Made by a program: the position numbers and the translations under genes. DNA of 64,000 bases, taken from positions 1,696,001 through 1,760,000 of the forward strand of contig OY759729.1 of NCBI GenBank assembly GCA_963662585.1, written 5' to 3'. Below, piece after piece: positions 21,905 to 31,957 of the stretch (position 1 is its first letter; each line of letters starts with the position of its first letter). The notes under the pieces are model-generated. The model had not been told where the DNA came from. It did not search any database and worked only from the letters and a program-made list of their open reading frames with translations. This stretch comes from Candidatus Cloacimonadales bacterium (GTDB taxonomy: Bacteria; Cloacimonadota; Cloacimonadia; Cloacimonadales; JAFGVF01).

Positions 21905-22345
21905 ATGAAAAAAGATATTTTTTCTCAATTAAAATCGATTGAAGATGGAATGAATAATTTGTTAGGAGCTATGTCTTCATTAACACATAGCAAATATACT
22001 TTTCAGGATAATTTTGATGAAGTATGGACTCCCAACTGTGATGTTTATATTTCGGATTCTAAACTCAATATCGTTATTGAGTTGGCAGGAGTAAAGAAAG
22101 AATCAGTAGAATTAGTTTTTACTGAGACTTATCTTCTTTTACGAGGAAACAGAGATTTTGATATTCCTTCTAGCAATGTTTGCTTCTACCACATGGAAAT
22201 TGAAACAGGTGCTTTTGAAAGAGCTATATATTTTCCTGAAATAGAATTAGATAAAGAAAATCCTGCTGTGACCTTTACGAATGGGATTTTAAAAATTCAA
22301 TTTAATTTGTTAGAGGAGACTGAGGGAGTTTCTACTTGCGAATAG
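21905..22345 (+). CDS. Hsp20/alpha-crystallin small heat-shock protein
   Basis: WTPNCDV, ELAGV, MEIETGAFER, NGILKI; GAGG SD before ATG 21905. Confidence 0.88.
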   Translation: MKKDIFSQLKSIEDGMNNLLGAMSSLTHSKYTFQDNFDEVWTPNCDVYISDSKLNIVIELAGVKKESVELVFTETYLLLRGNRDFDIPSSNVCFYHMEIETGAFERAIYFPEIELDKENPAVTFTNGILKIQFNLLEETEGVSTCE

Positions 22346-22490
22346 TTTTTTTTCTACTTGACAGAAAATAAAATAGCATATCTTTTGATATAAATCTATA
22401 GTTAATAGATTTTTGGTTTTCTATTAACAATGTTTAATTATTGACAAAATTTAAGTCAAATTAAAAGTATACACAAGGAGATTTAGAGTT

Positions 22491-23645
22491 ATGATGTTAC
22501 CAGATTTTAGCAATAGCTTGCTTAATTTAACCGCTTCAATATGTTTAGCTTATGGACATAAAACTAAATATGAAACATTGCCACATTTAGATAATAACAA
22601 ATTAAAAGATAAGAAAAATATCATTTTATTGGTTGTAGATGGAATGGGCTATAATTTCTTTCAAGAATTTGCTTCTAAACCAAGAATAAAAGATTGTATC
22701 ATATCACCGATAACATCAGTTTTCCCTTCAACAACCGCGGTAGCAATCACATCAATTTTAACAGGCTTATCTCCCCAAGAACACGCCTTAACTGGTTGGT
22801 TCGTCTATCTAAAAGAACTAGGATCTGTTTCTAAAATTCTCCCCCTAACCCCAAGATATTCTAAGCTTATGTATTTTGATAATGAGGTTGATTCAAGCGA
22901 CATCTATGACTTTTCTCCGATAATTAATAATTTTGAAGCTGATAGCTATTTTGTCCATCTGGATAAATATAAAGATGATCATTACCAAAAACTTTTGAGA
23001 GGAAATTCTACTTTTAAGGGATTTAATGACCTAACAGAATTATCTGACCAAATAGCTTCCTCCTTGAATGATAAGAGTGATAATAGGAAATTTATCTATT
23101 CTTACTGGAATGGCCTAGACAGTATTTCGCATTACTACGGATGTCGTTCTAAAGAAGCAATTAATCATTTTGAAGCTATTGAAGCCGAAATTGAGAAAAT
23201 TATCAATTCGATTGATTTGACAGATACAGCCTTAATCATTACCGCTGATCATGGCTTCACAGATGTTCCAGATAGCAATAAATTTAGAGTTAATGATATT
23301 CCTGGCTTGAGAGAATGTTTAATTTTACCATTGATGGGCGAACCACGCAACCCTTACTGTTATTTAAGATTAGGCAAAGAAGAGGAATTTAAAGAAATCT
23401 GGGAAAAACATCTTTCTCCTTACTCTTCTCTCTTTCATATTGACGAAATGATAGAGAATAAAATATTTGGCTTTAATGCTATAAATAGCAAGTTCATTGA
23501 TAGAGTTGGTGATTATTTGATTATGATGAATGATAACTACGCTTTATTAGATAATGTTATGTTAGAAAAAGAGATGGATTTGATAGGATATCATGGTGGC
23601 ACCACCCAAGATGAAATGCTAGTTCCATTAATATATATAGGATAA
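22491..23645 (+). CDS. Alkaline phosphatase superfamily (type I phosphodiesterase/nucleotide pyrophosphatase-like) protein
   Basis: VVDGMG, SVFPSTT, LDSISH, TADHG, GYHGG...EMLVP metal-binding motifs. Confidence 0.85.
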   Translation: MMLPDFSNSLLNLTASICLAYGHKTKYETLPHLDNNKLKDKKNIILLVVDGMGYNFFQEFASKPRIKDCIISPITSVFPSTTAVAITSILTGLSPQEHALTGWFVYLKELGSVSKILPLTPRYSKLMYFDNEVDSSDIYDFSPIINNFEADSYFVHLDKYKDDHYQKLLRGNSTFKGFNDLTELSDQIASSLNDKSDNRKFIYSYWNGLDSISHYYGCRSKEAINHFEAIEAEIEKIINSIDLTDTALIITADHGFTDVPDSNKFRVNDIPGLRECLILPLMGEPRNPYCYLRLGKEEEFKEIWEKHLSPYSSLFHIDEMIENKIFGFNAINSKFIDRVGDYLIMMNDNYALLDNVMLEKEMDLIGYHGGTTQDEMLVPLIYIG

Positions 23646-23647
23646 TT

Positions 23648-24115
23648 ATGAATAAAATCTTACTTGTACTGATTTCTTTGATTTTCTTGTTTGGGTGTAC
23701 TCCTGAAAAAAAAGATAATGAATTAGAAAAGGATAGTCTTAAGCTTGCAGAAACGATTAAAGACACTCTTAAGGAAACTATTAAAAAGACTAGGGCTGTA
23801 TATTATGAACCCTTAGATGACACTATTTATTTTGATTTTGATTTTGAAATGGAAAATGCCAAGGAATATGAAAAGTATTTTATCATTTCTAGCTATAACT
23901 CTTACGATTATGATGAAAAACTACAGGCAGAATTAAAGCGATGGAAAGAACTTGAACCTGATAGTTACTTAGAGACTTACGGTACAGGAGCAGTAAGAAA
24001 GTACTATATCTCTCTAGGAAAGTTTAAAACTAGATTGGAAGTTATCCCTATTTTCCAGGATCTTCAAAAAAAGTATCCTAATGAAAGAATTAACTTCTTT
24101 TCAATAGCTCAATAA
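23648..24115 (+). CDS. Lipoprotein, possibly SPOR-like C-terminal domain
   Basis: Lipobox LFGC; C-terminal YYISLGKFKTR resembles SPOR repeats. Confidence 0.5.
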   Translation: MNKILLVLISLIFLFGCTPEKKDNELEKDSLKLAETIKDTLKETIKKTRAVYYEPLDDTIYFDFDFEMENAKEYEKYFIISSYNSYDYDEKLQAELKRWKELEPDSYLETYGTGAVRKYYISLGKFKTRLEVIPIFQDLQKKYPNERINFFSIAQ

Positions 24116-24433
24116 TTACCCTGAGAGGATAATTTTACCAATAATTAGATATATATTAAAATCCAAAACTTTTAAAAGCCTATTGTAACCACAAATTACA
24201 AGAATTTATAATGACAAACATTAGATGAATTTTTAAAAGCTTGCTAAAATAACCAAATAATTTATTGAAATCCAGACCTTTTTATTATGATTTCAGTAGC
24301 AAATTAATGCATTTGAGCTTTACTTATGGTAATATTCGCAAGCATTTATGATTAGTGGTTAAGAAATTGCATTGTATTCTTAATGAGAGAGAGTTTAATA
24401 AACATAATTATATAAAAAAAATGAGGAGAAAAC

Positions 24434-27400
24434 ATGAAGAAACTTATTTTATTAGTTTCACTGATTATGTCACTTACTTTGGTAATGGCAAGTCAAGAAA
24501 ACTTAATGGATTTACACCAAAACAGCATCATTCTACAAAATAGTAATGATTATGGTGTAGACATTAGCTATGACCTAGGAACAATTGAAATCACAAACAA
24601 CGATACTAGAGGTGGAACATACAATCAAATTTCCGCTGATGAGTATTCTTTAACTAATGATGAGGGGTTACCACAACTTCCTTATAGTCAAAAAATAATT
24701 TCAGTTCCACTCGGAGCTAGCGTTGAGGCAACTATTGAAGTTAAATCATCAAGCTCAGTTAATTTATTAACCAGAGGCTACAACAATAAAATTATCCCTG
24801 CTCAAGCATCTGTAGCAAAATGTGATAATGTTGAAGATATGCCTTTTGTTGTTAACCAAGAAGTTTATAATGCAAATAAATCATTCAAATACGAGCCAGT
24901 TACTGTTGAAGAAATTGGTATTCTTAGAGGAATGAGACTTTTTGCAGTTAATTTCTATCCAGTAGAATATAATCCTGTTTCAGGTGAATTAAGAGTAATT
25001 AATAGTGCTGATGTAGAAATTCAATTCATTAATGGTGATATTTTTGCTACCGAAGAATTAAAAGCAAAAACTCGCTCATTCATGTTTGAAGGTATCTATT
25101 CTCAGAATATCTTTAACTACTACCCATCAAGAATGTCTTTAGAAAATTACCCTTTAGGCTATTTAATTATCACTCCTAACCAGTTTGTTGATACTCTTGA
25201 ACCTTTCATCACTTGGAAAAGAGAACAAGGTTATGATGTAACTTTAGGTATCACTGAAACTATTGGTTCTTCAACAACTGCTATCAAAAACTATATTCAA
25301 GCTTTATGGGACGCTGCTACTACTGAAGCCCCTGCTCCTTCTTATCTCTTAATTGTGGGTGATACACCTCAAGTTCCAGCCTACACAGGGACAACTGATT
25401 CTGGCCATGTTACCGATCTTCCTTATGTAAGATTAAACGGTACAGATTTCCTTCCTGAAATGTATTATGGAAGATTCTCAGCTAATAATATCAATGAACT
25501 AACTCCACAAATTAATAAAACTTTAATGTATGAAAAATATGAAATGCCTGATCCTTCTTACTTAGAAAGAATGACTCTAATTGCAGGTGTTGACGGTTCT
25601 TGGGCTCCAACTCATGGTAACGGAACATTAAATTATGGTAGCACAAACTACTTTAATGAGGCCCATGATTTAGATGTAACAACTTATCCTTACCCTCAAT
25701 CAGGTTCTAGCGCATCTGCTATAGTTGCTGATGTTAGTGCTGGTTTAGGTTACTTAAACTATACAGCTCATGGTTCTGAAACTTCTTGGTCAGACCCTTC
25801 TTTCACTATCAGTAATATTAATAGCTTAACCAACGCTAATGAATACCCTGTTGTAGTTGGTAACTGCTGTTTAACTAACCACTTCAACACCGGAACATGT
25901 TTTGGTGAAGCATGGTTAAGAGCTTCTAATGGTGCTGTTATCTACATCGGTGGAACTAATTCTACTTATTGGGACGAAGATTACTGGTGGTCAGTAGGTC
26001 ACTTTACTCCTACTTCTACTGCTAACCCTACCTATGCAGGAACAGGTTACGGTATGTTTGATGCCCTTTTCCATGAACACAATGAAGCTTTTACTGATTG
26101 GGCACACACTGCTGGTTCAATGGTTGTTACAGGTAATATGACTGTTCAAGGTTCTGCATCAACTAGAAAAAACTACTACTGGGAAATTTACTCAATTATG
26201 GGTGACCCTTCCTTAATGCCTTATGTTGGAATTCCTGAAGCTCAAACTGTAGATTATCAAGAAACTCTCTTAGTTGGTATGGACTCATTCAATGTTTCTG
26301 CTGCTCCATATTCTTATGCAGCTCTTTCAAATAATGGTCAGCTTTTAGGTACTGTTTTAACAGATGGTTCAGGAAATGGAACTATCAATTTTGAAGCTAT
26401 TAGTATTCCTGGTAATGTTAAATTAGTTATTTCTCACACAGATTACCAACCTTTCGTAGCTGAAATTGAAGTTATTCCTGCTGAAGGTCCATTCTTAGTA
26501 ATCAATAACCAACAGATTACAGGTTTTGTAGCTGCTGGACAAAATATTAATATCGCTCTTAATATCGGTAATGTAGGTGTTGAAGCTGTTTCTAATGTTA
26601 CAGCAACTCTTACTAATACTGATAATAATGCTACTATCGTTAACGGTTCAGCAACAATCGCTAACCTAGGCGCTGAATCAAACGCAGATTTATCTTCTGC
26701 TTTTGAAATTACTCTGGCTGACGGAATCAACAATGGCCAAGTTATAGCTCTCCACTTAGTTTTAGCAACTACTGATGAAACATGGGAATATGACATCAAT
26801 CTTAACGCTGTTGCTCCTGAATTAGTTGTTACTAGCATCTCTGTTGATGATAATGATAATAACTTATTAGATCCTAATGAAACAGTTGATCTTGTAATCA
26901 ATTATCAAAATACAGGTTCTTTTATTGCTAATAACACAATAGTTAACCTAATTTCTTCTACAGCTGGAATTACTGTTCTTTCAAATAATATTGAATTAGG
27001 TAATATTGCTGAAAATGCTACAGGTCAATTTACTGTATCAGTTCAGACTTCTGCTTATATGGAAACAGGTACTGTAGCAAACTTCACAACAAACTTTACT
27101 AGTGAACATAATGTTATCTCAACCGATACATTTGCTCTTTCAGTAGGCTTGTTATTTGAAGATTTCGAATCAGGTGACTTCTCTTCTGATTTCAACTGGA
27201 ATACTCCTGGTTGGTCTGTAATTGAAAATGAGGCTCACGAAGGAACTCACTCAGCTAAATCTAATACTATTAATCATAATCAGTCTGCAACAATGACAGT
27301 TCAAATGAATGATGTTTCAGCTGGACAAATCAGTTTCTGGATAAAAGTATCTTCAGAAAGTGGTTATGATGAGTTAGTATTCTCTATTGATAATGCTGCT

Positions 27401-28201
27401 CAAGCTGATTGGAGTGGTACAGTAGATTGGCAAGAAGTTAGCTTTGATGTAACTGATGGAGACCATACATTCAAATGGGAATATAGCAAAGACATTAGTG
27501 TTAGCTCAGGTAGCGATTGTGCTTGGGTTGATTATATAGTATTCCCTACTGCTGCTTCTCAAATAGGTGATCCTGCTATTGCCGTTAACATGACTTCACA
27601 TGACTTTGGTAGTGTTGCCTCAGGTGAAGCTCAATTTACTATCTCTAACAATGGAGAAGGTATTCTTGCAGGCCAAATCTCAGTAGATGCAGAAAGCGTA
27701 TTCTCACTCGCTTTAGACGGCCAAGAAGCTACTAACCAACTTAACTACTCACTTGATCCAGACCAAAACTTAGAAGTTACTGTTTACTTTACACCTATTG
27801 CAAATGTAGAATATTCTGATAATATTATCATTACTTCAAATGATCCTGAAAATCAGCAATTAGTAGTAGCTGTTAACGGAATCGGTACAGGTGTACCTAA
27901 TGTAGACGATAATTTAATTCCTCAGCTTACTGAACTTAAAGGAAACTATCCAAATCCATTTAACCCTCAAACTGCTATAAGTTATGCAATTAAAGAAGAT
28001 GGAAAAGTTTCTCTTAATATTTATAATTTAAAAGGACAGCTTGTTAAAACCCTTGTTAATGAACAAGTTAAAGCTGGTTACCATAGAATAGTATGGAATG
28101 GTACAGATAATTTTGGAACAGATGTTGCAACAGGTATATACTTGTATCGTCTAGAAACCAAAACATATAACCAAACCAAAAAGATGATGCTGATGAAATA
28201 A
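24434..28201 (+). CDS. Peptidase C25 (gingipain, Kgp-like) with propeptide, Ig-like domains and C-terminal T9SS-type/FlgD-Ig domain
   Basis: YTAHGS and GNCC catalytic His/Cys motifs as in Lys-gingipain; YYGRFSA; GDPSL; C-terminal NYPNPFNP...KKMMLMK. Confidence 0.9.
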   Translation: MKKLILLVSLIMSLTLVMASQENLMDLHQNSIILQNSNDYGVDISYDLGTIEITNNDTRGGTYNQISADEYSLTNDEGLPQLPYSQKIISVPLGASVEATIEVKSSSSVNLLTRGYNNKIIPAQASVAKCDNVEDMPFVVNQEVYNANKSFKYEPVTVEEIGILRGMRLFAVNFYPVEYNPVSGELRVINSADVEIQFINGDIFATEELKAKTRSFMFEGIYSQNIFNYYPSRMSLENYPLGYLIITPNQFVDTLEPFITWKREQGYDVTLGITETIGSSTTAIKNYIQALWDAATTEAPAPSYLLIVGDTPQVPAYTGTTDSGHVTDLPYVRLNGTDFLPEMYYGRFSANNINELTPQINKTLMYEKYEMPDPSYLERMTLIAGVDGSWAPTHGNGTLNYGSTNYFNEAHDLDVTTYPYPQSGSSASAIVADVSAGLGYLNYTAHGSETSWSDPSFTISNINSLTNANEYPVVVGNCCLTNHFNTGTCFGEAWLRASNGAVIYIGGTNSTYWDEDYWWSVGHFTPTSTANPTYAGTGYGMFDALFHEHNEAFTDWAHTAGSMVVTGNMTVQGSASTRKNYYWEIYSIMGDPSLMPYVGIPEAQTVDYQETLLVGMDSFNVSAAPYSYAALSNNGQLLGTVLTDGSGNGTINFEAISIPGNVKLVISHTDYQPFVAEIEVIPAEGPFLVINNQQITGFVAAGQNINIALNIGNVGVEAVSNVTATLTNTDNNATIVNGSATIANLGAESNADLSSAFEITLADGINNGQVIALHLVLATTDETWEYDINLNAVAPELVVTSISVDDNDNNLLDPNETVDLVINYQNTGSFIANNTIVNLISSTAGITVLSNNIELGNIAENATGQFTVSVQTSAYMETGTVANFTTNFTSEHNVISTDTFALSVGLLFEDFESGDFSSDFNWNTPGWSVIENEAHEGTHSAKSNTINHNQSATMTVQMNDVSAGQISFWIKVSSESGYDELVFSIDNAAQADWSGTVDWQEVSFDVTDGDHTFKWEYSKDISVSSGSDCAWVDYIVFPTAASQIGDPAIAVNMTSHDFGSVASGEAQFTISNNGEGILAGQISVDAESVFSLALDGQEATNQLNYSLDPDQNLEVTVYFTPIANVEYSDNIIITSNDPENQQLVVAVNGIGTGVPNVDDNLIPQLTELKGNYPNPFNPQTAISYAIKEDGKVSLNIYNLKGQLVKTLVNEQVKAGYHRIVWNGTDNFGTDVATGIYLYRLETKTYNQTKKMMLMK

Positions 28202-28257
28202 CCTCCTTGTATGCTAGCAGAAAAAGGTTGGGCTCCCCGCCCAACCTTTCTGCATTT
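28144..28257 (+). repeat. Copy 1 of a 114-bp direct repeat (last 18 codons of the C25 gene, 3' UTR and terminator)
   Basis: 112/114 identical to 28645-28758. Confidence 0.95.
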
Positions 28258-28258
28258 T
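28217..28258 (+). terminator. Rho-independent terminator of the C25 gene
   Basis: gcaga[aa]aaggttgggc-tcccc-gcccaacctttctgc followed by atttt. Confidence 0.75.
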
Positions 28259-28644
28259 AAGAACTTGTTTTTTATATCATTTAAGAGATTTTCTCTTATT
28301 GTGCAAAATTAACAATGAATTAAAATAAAAAATGTTTATATTTAATTTCTTTATAGCTAATAAGCTCTCTTGATAATTAGATTTTAGTATTTTTAGCAAA
28401 TTACTTCCATCCAATAAAACAATTTACTGTAAATTTCATGTACTACTTTCCCAAAAATAAAGATAACATTGTAGACACTTCTCTTATCACTAGCCAAAAT
28501 AAAACTAAACTAATATCTTAAGCAATATATTTTAAAAACTTAACTTACATATTTATCAGTATTTTACAATATCTTTAAAGTATTTTTTTGAAAATTAGTT
28601 GAAATATAATTTGTTTGGAATAACTATTGCATTATTATATAAGC

Positions 28645-28758
28645 GTATCGTCTAGAAACCAAAACATATAACCAAACCAAAAAGATGATGCTGATGAAAT
28701 AACCTCCTTGTATGCTAGCAGAGTAAGGTTGGGCTCCCCGCCCAACCTTTCTGCATTT
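28645..28758 (+). ncRNA. Candidate stand-alone sRNA (copy 2 of the 114-bp repeat)
   Basis: No in-frame start (TAA at 28640-28642); promoter-like ttgttt-N16-tattat ends 7 nt upstream; contains ACCTCCTT and its own terminator. Confidence 0.45.
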
Positions 28759-28778
28759 ATAGCCACATTTAATTTAAA

Positions 28779-29474
28779 CTATTTATTCCAATATTCATTT
28801 TCAGAATATTCTTCTTTTAACTGCTTCTCTAAAGCTTTATACTCTTTCTTCTTCTTATTAGCTTTTAAGATTTCTAATTTTAGGAACTTCTCCTCTTCTG
28901 AAGAAAACTCTTCTTCTGGATCTTCAGTATCTTTTCCTTTGTAAGACATAGCAGTTTCAAAACTTTTTAAAGCAGCTTTATTATTCTTTAATTTTAACTG
29001 TGTTCTTGCTAACCAAAGATAAGCATCATAATGTTCAACCCTAGTTTCAATAGCTTTTTCAAGAGCTTTCTCAGCATTTTCCCAATCTTCTAAATTATAA
29101 TAAGCTTCACCTTTATGTCTCCAAGGACAAGACCAATCAGTAAAGTTTGTGTTCAATACTTCATAATGGGCGATAGCTTCATCATATTTTCCCAGAGAAA
29201 GGTAGATATTGGCTAACTGAAATCTTTGAGCAGGCTGTAAATTATCAGAAATTTCCTCTAATTTGTTAATAGCCTTACTCATTTCATTATAATGAAGAAG
29301 TAATAGATTTAAATTTGCTGATGCCACATCTTCTGATTGATCAGCATCATCCAGAAGGGCTTTCACATTCTCTAAGTTAGAGTCATTAAAATAGTTATTA
29401 AGTAATTCCGAACTATCTCCAAAGACAAGACCAAGGCCCAATAAACAGATACACAACAATAAAACTTTTTTCAT
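28779..29474 (-). CDS. Exported tetratricopeptide-repeat protein
   Basis: Signal peptide; LANIYLSLGKYDEAIAHY and KGEAYYNLEDWENAEKALEKAI TPR patterns. Confidence 0.85.
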   Translation of the reverse strand: MKKVLLLCICLLGLGLVFGDSSELLNNYFNDSNLENVKALLDDADQSEDVASANLNLLLLHYNEMSKAINKLEEISDNLQPAQRFQLANIYLSLGKYDEAIAHYEVLNTNFTDWSCPWRHKGEAYYNLEDWENAEKALEKAIETRVEHYDAYLWLARTQLKLKNNKAALKSFETAMSYKGKDTEDPEEEFSSEEEKFLKLEILKANKKKKEYKALEKQLKEEYSENEYWNK

Positions 29475-29907
29475 ACGAACTCCTAATTAATTTATGAAAC
29501 CAAATTTAAATTAGCAAAAATGATTGTCAAACATTATTAATATTTAAAATGTTATCTAAGAATAACATAAAGATATCAGTATTTATCTTTTTCACTTAAT
29601 CTTAAAAAAAATAGACCTCTAACAACAGCCTAAAATTCCTAAAGGGAATAAGTAGATTAGCCTAGATATTGTATCCTGACCCCATTTAAGGGATATAAGA
29701 AAATTACATTCTGCATATACATAAAAAATATTAATATAGTTTATCAATATTTTCCATTATGGTAAATGACAGAATACTGAACTGTGTAAATAATTTAAAC
29801 AGTCTCTTTCTTAGGCTTCTTCTATCAGTAATTAATTCCTTGTCAAAATAGCCTCCTTCATTATATTAGCTATAATAAGTAAAAAAGAAAATAAAGAGAG
29901 TTAAGTA

Positions 29908-31611
29908 ATGCCAAAGAAGATATATCTGCTTTTATTCCTAATAGTTTCTATTTCTCAGTTAATTTCTACTGAATGGACCATTCTTATCTATATGGCTGCT
30001 GATAATGGACTGCATAGTTATGCTATTGAGGATATAGAAGAGATGGAGCTTTCTCAATTTGGCTCAGAGGCAAATATAATAGTGCAAATGGATGGAGATC
30101 AAAACAGTAACCGTCCTAGTACATATAGATATAAAATTAACTATCATCCTGAAGAAGGCATTCAATCAACCACTATTTCTAATTTGGGAGAAAGTAATTC
30201 AGGTTCTTATCTTACATTAAAGAATTTTGTAGAATGGGGATTTAATCGCTATAAATCAGAGAAAAAAGCACTTGTAGTATGGTCTCATGCTAATGGCTGG
30301 GCTAAAGATATTAAAGGTAAGGGAATTGCTCCAGATAATGATTCAGAGAGCTTCATCAGTATGTCTGAACATCAAATGCAGGCTGCTTTAAGCAAAAATC
30401 CTCTTGATATATTAATTTATGATGCTTGTAATATGCAAAGTGTTGAAAATCTCACTGAACTCAAAGGAATTGCTGATTATATTATTGGTTCGGAAGAGAC
30501 TGTTCCGGTAACAGGACTCCCCTACTCTCAGGTATTCGATTATTGGTCAGAAGCTGAAAATATTGATAGTCTAGTGGTTAATATCCCAAAAATATATGTT
30601 GATGCCTATCGTCCCGGAAATCTCTATAATCCTGGACCAAATCTTCGAAGAATAACCTCTTCAACTGCGAGAATGGAGAATTTTGCTGATTTTGAACTCT
30701 CACTCAATAACTATCTGAGTAAGTGGAGTCAACAAACAGACTTATTTATTGCTGCTCGAGAAAATATTAATGAGTTTGGCATAAGTTACTCAGATATTGA
30801 CATTAAGGAGTTATTGCAGTATTTAGTCATAAATAGTAGCAATCTAGAGCTTAGAAACGATAGTGAGCTATTATATAATGAATTAGAGAATATATTTATC
30901 AGTCACGACTCCTCATCTTTTAATTATAAAGTGGGAGTAGCTTCCCTTTGGTTCCCTAGATACTCCTATCAGTTTCAAAACAACTGGCAAATATATCGTA
31001 ATTTAAACTTCGCTCAGGGAGAAATAGGTAATTTCCTAAATAAATTCTTAGGTCCTGATCAAATAGCGCCCTTTCCTTTTGCTATAACTAGAAGCTTAGT
31101 CTTAAATGAAACTATTTACTTGGAATGGGAAAATAATCTCGATCCAGACCCTTTAACCTATTACCTAAATTTTAATTTTATAGATGGTAGTTCACGGGTG
31201 CTTACTCTTATCAATGCAGATTCTTTTGAAACTACTGTCCAACAAGCAGGTAAGATTTATATTGTAGCAGAAGATGCTTCCGAAAATAGAACAATTAGCG
31301 AAACTATGGCTTTTGATGTTTCCCAAAATTATGGGAAAGTCTATATTGCTCCTAATCCTATCAAGAATATTGATCAAGGAAAGCTAATTATCTATGATAC
31401 TAATATTGGAGGAAAAGAGGCTGAATTAGGCATTTATTCCATAAGTGGAAAAGAGATAAGTTTAACAAAATTAAGGCTTACAGACCAGCAAAATGAACAC
31501 AGAATAGAGCTTTCAGAGCTACTACCACGAAAACTTAGTCAAGGAGTATATCTCTGTATCGTTAAAATAGAAAATTCCCTCTACAAAACTAAATTCTCTC
31601 TTGAATATTAA
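29908..31611 (+). CDS. Clostripain-family (C11) cysteine peptidase with C-terminal sorting domain
   Basis: WTILIYMAADNGL, VWSHANGW (His), YDACNM (Cys), GSEE; C-terminal APNPI...QGVYLC. Confidence 0.85.
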   Translation: MPKKIYLLLFLIVSISQLISTEWTILIYMAADNGLHSYAIEDIEEMELSQFGSEANIIVQMDGDQNSNRPSTYRYKINYHPEEGIQSTTISNLGESNSGSYLTLKNFVEWGFNRYKSEKKALVVWSHANGWAKDIKGKGIAPDNDSESFISMSEHQMQAALSKNPLDILIYDACNMQSVENLTELKGIADYIIGSEETVPVTGLPYSQVFDYWSEAENIDSLVVNIPKIYVDAYRPGNLYNPGPNLRRITSSTARMENFADFELSLNNYLSKWSQQTDLFIAARENINEFGISYSDIDIKELLQYLVINSSNLELRNDSELLYNELENIFISHDSSSFNYKVGVASLWFPRYSYQFQNNWQIYRNLNFAQGEIGNFLNKFLGPDQIAPFPFAITRSLVLNETIYLEWENNLDPDPLTYYLNFNFIDGSSRVLTLINADSFETTVQQAGKIYIVAEDASENRTISETMAFDVSQNYGKVYIAPNPIKNIDQGKLIIYDTNIGGKEAELGIYSISGKEISLTKLRLTDQQNEHRIELSELLPRKLSQGVYLCIVKIENSLYKTKFSLEY

Positions 31612-31706
31612 GTATTAGTTAATATTATTTTAAGCTTGATCTTGTTTTATTAAAAATCCCTAAATTTTACCCTACTAAATATCTGCTAAATTGCTATTTA
31701 GGAAAG

Positions 31707-31897
31707 TGTGGATAAAATTTTATCTGTAAAATGTGGAAAAAACAAGTTTAGAATTTCCTAATTATCGTCTAAATATACATCTACACTTATGTGGATAATG
31801 TGGATAACTTGTGGGCAACTCTTTTATAAGCAAGCTAATTTCAAACATAATTTACTATTTATCATATACTTATAAATTTTGTGGATAATGTGCACAA
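31707..31897. promoter_or_regulatory. DnaA-box cluster
   Basis: Perfect TGTGGATAA at 31707, 31790, 31799, 31880; near matches at 31732 (tgtggaaaa), 31810 (tgtgggcaa), 31889 (tgtgcacaa); all co-oriented. Confidence 0.8.
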
Positions 31898-31957
31898 ACT
31901 ATGTAAGCAATAATTAATTATCAAATCTAAAGCTACCATCTTATTTGGATTAAGCAT

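Noticed and set aside
28144..28758. Diversity-generating retroelement VR/TR pair
   Set aside because: The coding part is identical in both copies, the two differences lie in the terminator bulge, and no reverse transcriptase or Avd gene is in the window
28708..28944. 78-aa ORF
   Set aside because: Starts inside the repeat just before its terminator and runs antisense to the TPR gene
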